Source: Candidatus Kuenenia stuttgartensis (GTDB taxonomy: Bacteria; Planctomycetota; GCA-002687715; CAIWVZ01). Taken from it: DNA of 64,000 nucleotides. The translations under genes were made by a program, and so were the position numbers. This document shows positions 56,821 to 64,000 of the stretch, piece after piece; the first letter of the stretch is position 1, and the number at the start of each line of letters is the position of its first letter. The DNA lies in contig CAMARR010000003.1 of the NCBI GenBank assembly GCA_945860915.1, positions 58,535 to 122,534 of the forward strand, given 5' to 3'. Under the pieces are notes generated by a model. The model was not told where the DNA came from, searched no databases, and was given only the letters and a program-made list of their open reading frames with translations.

Positions 56821-57491
56821 CCGAGGATCGCCTCAAGGAATGCAGAGGGCGGGTCCATCGCCGTAAAAGCGTGATCCGGATCCAGGGCTGCGAGGGTCTC
56901 GTACGTGCAGCCGCCAGTGGCGACAGCCACGGCCACCGCATCGCCATATCGGGCTGCGAGCACGTCGTTTTCGGTGTCGCCGATCATCACCACGTCGCGT
57001 GGCCCCGCAGGGCGGTGGCCAAGTTCGGCGGCACGCGCGCGCGCGATGCGCACCAACTCGCCGCGATGCCGCGAATCGCACCCGTAGGCACCGACCATGA
57101 AATGGTCCGTGATCTCGTCTTTGGCCAGCTTGATTTCCGCGCCGCGACGCACATTTCCGGTCACTAGGCCGACCATGACGTTGGGCATCGACGACAGTTC
57201 ATCCAGGACTGCCCGGACACCCGGCAACAAGAGACTCGGTGCTGCCGAGACCTCACGCGAGAGATTGGCAAGGTAGGCAGCGAGAATCGACGCGTGATCC
57301 TCGGATTTCCCTCCGGCCCGGCGGATTCCTTCGTCGATGATGTCGGGATCGGTGCGTCCGTGGAACCCATACCCCTCGAACACATCGGTTGTTCCATAGT
57401 GGGCTGTAAAAGCACCTTCAATGCTCCGTCGTCCGATACCAACCGGCCGGATTAAGGTGCCATCAATGTCGAAGAGAACGAGCCGTCGCAT
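56817..57491 (-). CDS. HAD family hydrolase
   Basis: LFDIDGTL, GRTD, LVTGN, IGDTEND. Confidence 0.9.
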   Translation of the reverse strand: MRRLVLFDIDGTLIRPVGIGRRSIEGAFTAHYGTTDVFEGYGFHGRTDPDIIDEGIRRAGGKSEDHASILAAYLANLSREVSAAPSLLLPGVRAVLDELSSMPNVMVGLVTGNVRRGAEIKLAKDEITDHFMVGAYGCDSRHRGELVRIARARAAELGHRPAGPRDVVMIGDTENDVLAARYGDAVAVAVATGGCTYETLAALDPDHAFTAMDPPSAFLEAILG

Positions 57492-57529
57492 CGGGTCGAT
57501 CCTAGCACCGTGATAAACTCTTGATTCCG

Positions 57530-59884
57530 ATGGACCAACCTCCCTACACCGTCCTCCTCACTGGCGCGACGGGCTACCTAGGCCGACGCCTCCTTTCCCG
57601 CCTCGTGGCTTCGGGACACCGCGTCGTCGCCCTTGTCCGTCATCGCGACGGATTGGGGGCGTTGCCAGCGGGCGAGGTAACAGTCATCGAGGCGGACTTA
57701 GATCAGCCGATCGGGATCAAATTGGGATTTGGCGTCGACGTCCTCGTTCACGCAGCGGCGCTGATTGACTACGACGCAGGATGGGCCAAGCTTGAACGAA
57801 CCAACGTCCAAGGCTCGAAGCACGCGGCCGAGTTTGCCATCCGTTCAGGAGCTAAGCGCGGCATCCTCATCTCGAGTGTCGCAGCAGCAGGACCACTCTT
57901 CCCAACGTCGTTGCCAGCCGGAGAAGCCACCGGTCGAGACCCCGACACGGAGTACGGTCGGTCGAAGCTCCTTGGCGAAACTGCGTTCAGCGATTCTTTT
58001 GCGGCCGCGAAGCTCGAATCCCTCATCCTGCGGATGAGCAACTTGGTCGGCGATGGACACCCAGGAATCGTTGAGCCGTTGTTTGCCGCGGCCCACGGTG
58101 GGGATCCAACCGCGCTGATTGCGGAATGGAATCAACATCGGTGGCAGCCTCTCCATGTTCTCGATGCCGCCGAAGCCGTGCTGAGCGCCGTGCAATTCGG
58201 TGGCTCTGGGATCTACACGCTCACTGATGGCACGACACCGACCGTCGGAGATCTGGTTCGAGATGTTGCTTGGTCTCTTCGCGGGTTTGGCTTGACAACC
58301 ACCATCCCGCCGCTTGCATTCGGCGGACCACAAAGCCCCGAACGCATCCATTACGCCTATGTCCCGACCCGCGCCTTTGCGGAGTGGAATTGGGCCGCTA
58401 CTCGGACGTTTTCTCAAACGGTTATCGAACTTGCGGCATCGCGCGGACTGAAACGGGTCCGGACCGGTGCATTTCGTGTCGAAGGACCGCTTAAGACGGT
58501 CCTTCTCAACACTCCTGCCGCAGGCATGAAGTTGTCTCGCGATATGGCGGGGGGACTTGGCTTCGTCCATGAGTCCGACGATCGGTTCCAGCCACTCGAC
58601 CTTCTATGGCTCGCTGCCCGACTTGAGAATGTGGGGTGGCCAGTCGAAGTGATCGACGGCAACCTCATGGAGTTCACCGTCGGCGAACTCCTCTTTTATC
58701 TCGCCCGCACTCACGTCGATGCCATCGTTGCGGACGTCAACTTGCCGACGTTCGAAGCGGACCTCGTCTTCCTCAAGACGCTCAAGGAAGCGAGTCGCGT
58801 GCGCGTCATTGCGAAAACGGTTCTTTCACAAGGTGGCTTCATCGAGCGCCTGCTTCTCGAAGCGGGAGTCGATCTCGTCCTCCTCGGCGAATGTGACCTC
58901 ACCATCGAACGGGTCATTTCCGGGGACGATGTCCGGGGAACCGCTCGCCTCGTTGACGGCCACGTCGAGGTGACCCCCGAAGAGAAGCTCGAGGATCTCG
59001 ACCAACTGCCGATCCCGGCCCGCCATTTCCTCCCGAAGGAGGGCTACTCGTATTCGCTGCTTCCGAAGGACGGTTTCACCACCATCCAGACATCACGCGG
59101 GTGCCCTTATTCGTGCGGCTATTACTGCCCCTATCCGATGACCCAGGGTAAGGCATGGCGCGCCCGCTCTGCGGCCCATGTTGTCAAAGAGATCGAGGCA
59201 TGTGTCGCCGCGGGCTACCGCCACTTCCTGATGCGAGACGCAACGTTCACGCTAGACCGCAAGCGTACGCTCGACATCTGTCGCGAAATTTCCGCACGTG
59301 GCCTGCCCATCACCTTCTGGTGCGAGACGCGCATCAACTGCCTGGACGCGGAAGTTCTCGAAGCGATGGCAAAAGCTGGTTGCAAGGGAATCAACTTTGG
59401 ACTCGAGTCGGGGGACGACGAAATCCTCCGATCAGGCGCAAAGTCGGGCGTCGACGTCAAGAAAATCCGGAGCATTCTGGCAGAGACCGATCGGCACGGG
59501 ATCATCTCGCACCTGCTCGTGGTCGTTGGACTTCCACAGGAGACTCGGCGCTCCATCATGGGAACCTACCTCCTCCTCGGCGAACTTCCGGCGCGCACTC
59601 TCGGCGTCACGGGCATCACACCGTTCCCAGGCACGCAGCTGTGGAAGGATGCCGAGGCTAAGGGGTGGGTTAAGTCGCGTGAGTGGAGCCTCTACGGCGG
59701 CAACCAGGCCGTCATGAGCACCGACCACCTCACACAGGCAGACATCCGTTTTGCTGCCGAGATGCTGTTCACCTACTTCAATCTGACCCGACCTGGTCAG
59801 GGAACAGCGGAAGCGATTGAAGCCCACCGCGTCCGTATGCGCGAATGGGTCGAGCACGGCCTCGATCGGTTGATTCCAGTCTGA
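57530..59884 (+). CDS. NAD-dependent epimerase/dehydratase (extended SDR) fused to a cobalamin-binding radical SAM domain
   Basis: TGATGYLG, HAAA, YGRSK; then P-x2-L-x2-LAA-x-L, GE-x-D, LD-x-LP-x-P, TSRGCPYSCGYYC, RDATFT, CETR, FGLESG, GLPQET, TPFPGT. Alternative TTG start 57521. Confidence 0.85.
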   Translation: MDQPPYTVLLTGATGYLGRRLLSRLVASGHRVVALVRHRDGLGALPAGEVTVIEADLDQPIGIKLGFGVDVLVHAAALIDYDAGWAKLERTNVQGSKHAAEFAIRSGAKRGILISSVAAAGPLFPTSLPAGEATGRDPDTEYGRSKLLGETAFSDSFAAAKLESLILRMSNLVGDGHPGIVEPLFAAAHGGDPTALIAEWNQHRWQPLHVLDAAEAVLSAVQFGGSGIYTLTDGTTPTVGDLVRDVAWSLRGFGLTTTIPPLAFGGPQSPERIHYAYVPTRAFAEWNWAATRTFSQTVIELAASRGLKRVRTGAFRVEGPLKTVLLNTPAAGMKLSRDMAGGLGFVHESDDRFQPLDLLWLAARLENVGWPVEVIDGNLMEFTVGELLFYLARTHVDAIVADVNLPTFEADLVFLKTLKEASRVRVIAKTVLSQGGFIERLLLEAGVDLVLLGECDLTIERVISGDDVRGTARLVDGHVEVTPEEKLEDLDQLPIPARHFLPKEGYSYSLLPKDGFTTIQTSRGCPYSCGYYCPYPMTQGKAWRARSAAHVVKEIEACVAAGYRHFLMRDATFTLDRKRTLDICREISARGLPITFWCETRINCLDAEVLEAMAKAGCKGINFGLESGDDEILRSGAKSGVDVKKIRSILAETDRHGIISHLLVVVGLPQETRRSIMGTYLLLGELPARTLGVTGITPFPGTQLWKDAEAKGWVKSREWSLYGGNQAVMSTDHLTQADIRFAAEMLFTYFNLTRPGQGTAEAIEAHRVRMREWVEHGLDRLIPV

Positions 59885-60034
59885 CAATAGACATGCGGCG
59901 CATCCCACGGCCGCCGGAGCAGTCGAATTGACAGGTCGTATGGGCCACATGGGCCACTTCGAATACGCACCTCGTCTGATTCTCGCCGGGGGGGCGAGAC
60001 AGCAACATGGATCCCTGTTCTTCCCGGTGTAGCC

Positions 60035-60469
60035 ATGACATCCAACTCCAAACTCCCGCGCCACGAAGTCGATGTCGCCACCGTCGGCGAATCGGTGAGA
60101 ACCGCCGCCCAGCGTATGCAACAACGCCGGGTCGGCTGCGTCGTCGTGGTAGATCGCGAAGATCGCCCAATCGGAATCCTGACGGACCGTGACCTTGCAA
60201 TCCGAGTGGTTGCAGCGGGCCTCAACCCGCTCGACGTCAAAGTCGGCGAGGTCATGACCCCCAACCCCACCACGGCTCCCGAGGATGCCGATTCCGACCG
60301 TCAGTTAACCGCCATGCGTTCAGCGCGCGTCCGAAGGCTGCCTCTGGTTGACCGCAACGGTCGCTTGAGAGATCTCATCGCACTCGATGATCTTCTCGCG
60401 CTTGAGGCTCACCGCCTCGGTACGGTCGCCGACCTGCTGTACGGCACCGGCCCTAAGTCCTCTAGTTAG
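60035..60469 (+). CDS. CBS domain pair protein
   Basis: AA-x2-M-x3-VGCVVVV, GILTDRDL, EVMT, VRRLPLV. Confidence 0.9.
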   Translation: MTSNSKLPRHEVDVATVGESVRTAAQRMQQRRVGCVVVVDREDRPIGILTDRDLAIRVVAAGLNPLDVKVGEVMTPNPTTAPEDADSDRQLTAMRSARVRRLPLVDRNGRLRDLIALDDLLALEAHRLGTVADLLYGTGPKSSS

Positions 60470-61254
60470 GCCCCGGCCGTCGCCACGCGCCCAAAGAGCC
60501 GGGTCGGTCGATCCTGAAACGAAACCCAGCGTTCGAGGCCGGTTCTCTTCGGACCCGTCGCCTGCGTAAACGCCCTTCGAACATGTTCCGCGGAGTTGTT
60601 TTGCTCTGACAAATGAGCAAGGACAAGAGTACGCAAGGACAGATTGGCGTAGCGCGCCAAGGCGTTGGCAGCATCCGCGTTCGCGAGATGCCCGTATTCA
60701 GACCCAATGCGCCCCTTGAGGTGTGCGGGATACGGACCATCGGCGAGCATTCTCGGATCGTAATTCGACTCCATGACCAACGTCGTGCAGCGCGAAATCG
60801 CTTCTCCGACCACCGCATCGACTGAGCCCAAGTCGGTGAACACGCCCAACGTCTCGCCCTCGTGATGAAGGAGAAACCCCACGGGCTCTGCGGCGTCGTG
60901 GGGCTTTGCAATGGGTTCGACTACGAGATCGCCGACTGTGAAGGGTGTCGCGTGGCCGATTCCTCGAACCTTCTCCACGCCCTTAAGACGGTCGGAGATG
61001 ACGGCGCGAGTCCCATCTGTGCACCACACCGTCGCTCCCATACCTCGCGCCACGACTCCGACGCCGGAGACATGATCGTGGTGCTCGTGCGTGATCAGGA
61101 TGCCGTCGATGCGTCGGTCACCGACGCCCACTTGGTCCATCCTCGATTGGGTCTCCTTCAGGTTGAGACCTGCATCGACGAGGAGTCGGACCGAGTTGGT
61201 CGCAACCAACACGGCATTCCCACGACTTCCGCTTCCTAGAACACAGAATTCCAA
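60466..61254 (-). CDS. MBL-fold metallo-hydrolase (YycJ/WalJ-like)
   Basis: LGSGSRGN, THEHHDH, PHDAAEP, TDLG, ESNYD, GHL-x-N, LAHLSEQNN; TTG 61254 with GGGAG. Confidence 0.9.
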   Translation of the reverse strand: MEFCVLGSGSRGNAVLVATNSVRLLVDAGLNLKETQSRMDQVGVGDRRIDGILITHEHHDHVSGVGVVARGMGATVWCTDGTRAVISDRLKGVEKVRGIGHATPFTVGDLVVEPIAKPHDAAEPVGFLLHHEGETLGVFTDLGSVDAVVGEAISRCTTLVMESNYDPRMLADGPYPAHLKGRIGSEYGHLANADAANALARYANLSLRTLVLAHLSEQNNSAEHVRRAFTQATGPKRTGLERWVSFQDRPTRLFGRVATAGA

Positions 61255-61359
61255 TCGGCTCCCCAACTTGCTCGGCAAGCATGGTGCGTGCACGGTGGAT
61301 CGGCGTCAAGAAGCGCGGGCCAACTCTTGAAGCGAGCGAGCCCACGTTACCCTTACCCC

Positions 61360-62409
61360 ATGCTCCGCACGATCAGGCAACTCGGCCGCCAATGGCCCTT
61401 CTCAGTACCGGCAACTATCGTCGGGTCCATCGTATTGGCCTACGGACTCGCAGCGCTTGCGGCAAAGGAGCTCGGCGCGCTTCAGTCGATGGGGACTATG
61501 ACGACCTATGCATATGTCGTCTGCGGCGCGTTGGACCCGGGCGAAATCGCCGGCCCCCGACCATGGACAAGCTGGTTCACCTCGGCCTTCTTACATGGCG
61601 GGTTGATTCATCTGATCATGAATTCGATGAGCATCCTGCAGCTCGGTCGCCTTCTCGATGCCCTTACGATGCCACGCAGCACCTTGCTTGCTTATCTCAT
61701 GGGCGTCGTTGGTGGCGCAGCTGCGGTCATGGCTTTAGGGTGGTTCCAAGGCGGTGGCTCGGTGACCATCGGAGCCAGTTCAGGAGCCTGCGGAATACTC
61801 GGGGCGTTGCTTGGCCTCATCTATCGCGCGCGCGGTGCCATGCTTGCGGAACTCCGACGTGAACTTCTCACGTCGACTGCCATTCTGATCGCAATCGGCT
61901 TTGCGCCTGGCATCAGCGCCATTGGGCACGCTGGAGGCCTGATCGCCGGGGTCGCGTGCGGGCTGATACTCCGGCAACGTGGGAGTATCCGTCTGGCGCG
62001 AGACCCGTGGACATCGGGTCCGGACATTGCAGCAGCCGTTCTCACCTTTGCTTGTGTATTGGCGCTCGGAATCTCGGCATATCGCATCCCAAATGACATC
62101 AAGGTTTTGAAGTCGACCAAACCCCTCAGCGAACAGATTGAATCCCTGCGCAAGTGGTTATCACCGAACACACCTGCCCCAACCGAGATCGAACTTCGGG
62201 ATTGGATCAACGTCAACGACCAGCTCAAACTCCCGCGTGCCTACGTCCCGATCATGGATGAAGTGCGGCGGGTGGCGGTCACGAGTGGCCTGCTTGATGG
62301 TCGAGCCATGAATTCGGATGAGGCTCAAAAAGCAACGCGGGCCATCGACACACTCCTAGAGCGTTTCGCGGCCGCAGCATTGTCCAGTGGGTGGTTCGAA
62401 AACCCGTGA
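61360..62409 (+). CDS. Rhomboid family intramembrane serine protease
   Basis: FLHGGLIHLIMN, IGASSG, GHAGGL; soluble C-terminal extension. Confidence 0.88.
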   Translation: MLRTIRQLGRQWPFSVPATIVGSIVLAYGLAALAAKELGALQSMGTMTTYAYVVCGALDPGEIAGPRPWTSWFTSAFLHGGLIHLIMNSMSILQLGRLLDALTMPRSTLLAYLMGVVGGAAAVMALGWFQGGGSVTIGASSGACGILGALLGLIYRARGAMLAELRRELLTSTAILIAIGFAPGISAIGHAGGLIAGVACGLILRQRGSIRLARDPWTSGPDIAAAVLTFACVLALGISAYRIPNDIKVLKSTKPLSEQIESLRKWLSPNTPAPTEIELRDWINVNDQLKLPRAYVPIMDEVRRVAVTSGLLDGRAMNSDEAQKATRAIDTLLERFAAAALSSGWFENP

Positions 62410-62534
62410 CTTTGCAAATCGGCCGCGACCCTCGAAGCCCAAAGTCTGAGGCCTGAGAGAACTCGAGGCGGGTTCGACTAGAAATCAACGAACGCGCGCA
62501 CGAGCCGAGCATGACACAGATCGCAACAGTGACA

Positions 62535-62936
62535 TCAGCGAGATGTACGGCGATAGACGAGCTCTTCGACCTTGAGGCGAGTCGCCTCGTCGATTCCAGT
62601 GGGGAGGAATCTCAATGAGATCTCGTACGCGCCCGGCCGCCCAACGCACGGCGCGGACCGGACCACTTCGCCGATAAATTGAATCCCACTTTCAATCTCT
62701 GCCACTTCGAGACTCACTGCAACCTGCTCCCCGAGCGCGGCGGCCGTGTCCGCAACAAAAGCAAACCCACCAAGCGATAGATTCCGCGACCAAGCAGTCC
62801 CAATTGGCGGCCGCCCGAGATCATCGAGGCCGCGATCAACAAATGTAATAGTCGCCTTAAAATTGTCGTCTACACGAACAAATCGTCGCTGTTCGGTGCC
62901 GCGCGGCTTTGAGGGCTTCTCTGCTCCTTCAGTCAT
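62535..62936 (-). CDS. PilZ domain protein
   Basis: EQRRFVR (RxxxR) and NLSLGG ((D/N)xSxxG) c-di-GMP-binding motifs; GEVVR. Start ATG 62936. Confidence 0.85.
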   Translation of the reverse strand: MTEGAEKPSKPRGTEQRRFVRVDDNFKATITFVDRGLDDLGRPPIGTAWSRNLSLGGFAFVADTAAALGEQVAVSLEVAEIESGIQFIGEVVRSAPCVGRPGAYEISLRFLPTGIDEATRLKVEELVYRRTSR

Positions 62937-63075
62937 GTTGCCGATACTACCGGACTTCGCAGGTTTCATAAGCACAAGAGAACAGGCGGGTCGATTTCTT
63001 GGCATCACCGTCGATAATCCTTCGGCTGACCGTCTGTGGATTTCGGACGCCCCAAATGCGTTACACTCAGTTGCC

Positions 63076-63669
63076 ATGAACGCCCAAGTCGTCCCCCACA
63101 GTGGCGGCCTTCCAAAAGATGAGCTTGTCGGTGTGATCGAAGGTTGGTTGCGCGCTGACCCAGACTTGAAATTTAAGTCTGTCAAGAAAGACGCGCAGCG
63201 ATTTCTCGGTGCACTCGTGACTCCAAAGCTCTTTCGCGCCGCATGTGACAGGTTGTGTTTGGCGCGTCCCCTGCGATCCCCGAACCGAGGAGCTCCCAAC
63301 GTGCCCCGAGAATCTACACCGTTGATGAATTGGCTAGTTGCTTTTCTGACGAAGAACCCTGAGGCGACCTTCCATGAAGCCAAGGATGCGGCGCAAAAAG
63401 CCGGCCACTCATTCGACCGAGCAATCGTGTTTGGACTTGCCCGAAAGAAATGTGGCTTGGCGCCAATGAAGCCACGGACAACCCCACCCGGGAAACCAGG
63501 CCGCAAGCCCAAGTCCGCCGCTTTAGACAACGACGGGTCGTTCCGCACGAGCGAAATTTCGGACCTTCCATTCCGGCAGATTGAAGCCCGATTCAGGGCA
63601 CTTCAAGCCGAAGTCTCAAGGCTCCGCAGTGCCCTCCAAAAGGCCCGCGCAGCGCTTGACGGCATCTGA
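63076..63669 (+). CDS. Hypothetical basic protein, candidate DNA-binding/nucleoid-associated protein
   Basis: Two related helical modules, KPGRKPK motif, C-terminal coiled coil; TACACT box 8 nt before ATG. Confidence 0.65.
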   Translation: MNAQVVPHSGGLPKDELVGVIEGWLRADPDLKFKSVKKDAQRFLGALVTPKLFRAACDRLCLARPLRSPNRGAPNVPRESTPLMNWLVAFLTKNPEATFHEAKDAAQKAGHSFDRAIVFGLARKKCGLAPMKPRTTPPGKPGRKPKSAALDNDGSFRTSEISDLPFRQIEARFRALQAEVSRLRSALQKARAALDGI

Positions 63670-63688
63670 CCACGATTATCCCCTAATT

Positions 63689-63717
63689 CCTCCACGCGGT
63701 CCCTGATAGCGTGGAGG
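63689..63717 (+). promoter_or_regulatory. Hairpin sequestering the Shine-Dalgarno of the downstream gene
   Basis: CCTCCACGC-N11-GCGTGGAGG perfect 9-bp stem; GGAGG ends 1 nt before ATG 63719. Confidence 0.4.
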
Positions 63718-63718
63718 T

Positions 63719-64000
63719 ATGACGGACCCGGACCGCGACGACCTCATTCAGCACGTTCTGAGAGTGCAGCGCACGATCCGCACGTGCGAGGGCTGTGGGC
63801 AATGCTGCACCGAGGCTTTCAATAGTGTTGCCATCCTTCCCGTGGAAGCGAGGCGCGTCGCTGTTCACGTCGCGACGTGGTCGGCCGATCGCCAGAAGGC
63901 GTACCGCGCTCGGATCGAATCCGCGATCGAGCAGTTTTCCTTGCGTGTTGGCGGCAAGAACCGCAACTACACGTGCCCTTTCCTCGAATCAGACATGTCG
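63719..64000 (+). CDS. YkgJ family cysteine-cluster protein (runs off the window end)
   Basis: Translated by hand: MTDPDRDDLIQHVLRVQRTIRTCEGCGQCCTE...YTCPFLESDMS; CxxCxxCC and CPFL motifs; no stop before 64000. Confidence 0.8.
   Translation, partial: MTDPDRDDLIQHVLRVQRTIRTCEGCGQCCTEAFNSVAILPVEARRVAVHVATWSADRQKAYRARIESAIEQFSLRVGGKNRNYTCPFLESDMS

Noticed and set aside
59896-59957. ATGGGCCAC tandem duplication and a 12-mer (CGCATCCCACGG) shared with the matrixin leader
   Set aside because: Matches this short are expected by chance in 64 kb of GC-rich DNA.
41378-62936. A nucleotide second-messenger 'island' (orn, cdaA, CYTH, CBS, PilZ)
   Set aside because: The genes are scattered over 20 kb in different operons among housekeeping genes; no evidence of linkage.
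62746-63548. Apparent 800-bp overlap of two long opposite-strand ORFs
   Set aside because: It resolves into divergent genes starting at 62936 (-) and 63076 (+); each extension is the other gene's antisense frame.

Overview
GC-rich bacterial chromosomal window, gene-dense (about 56 CDS). I recognised no rRNA, tRNA, CRISPR array or mobile element. Protein style (long secreted proteins with orphan C-terminal domains, ATSQP/ESRP linkers, FGE, FHA-trypsin, BamD/LptE) suggests a diderm, probably an uncultured Planctomycetota lineage; this is inference only. Housekeeping genes include addAB, a fadJ/fadI-like pair, rfbC, tgt, icd, orn, bamD-lptE-folP-cdaA-cdaR-glmM and recO. The most interesting signals are: (1) five unrelated secreted proteins ending in a similar ~110-135 aa C-terminal domain, a candidate undescribed sorting/secretion signal, four of them also carrying Gln at +1 after the signal peptide; (2) a divergent DUF692/MNIO enzyme fused to a partner-like domain, lying in the c-di-AMP/glmM gene run and translationally coupled to a SEC-C protein; (3) an SDR epimerase fused to a B12 radical SAM enzyme with a non-canonical CX3CX3C motif; (4) a ~100-nt G-U-rich intergenic hairpin, a candidate ncRNA; (5) a probable CTG start codon; (6) a repeated TANNNT box 6-9 nt before start codons, suggesting many leaderless mRNAs; and (7) a candidate nucleoid-associated protein. 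All family calls come from motif recognition by eye, not from database searches.
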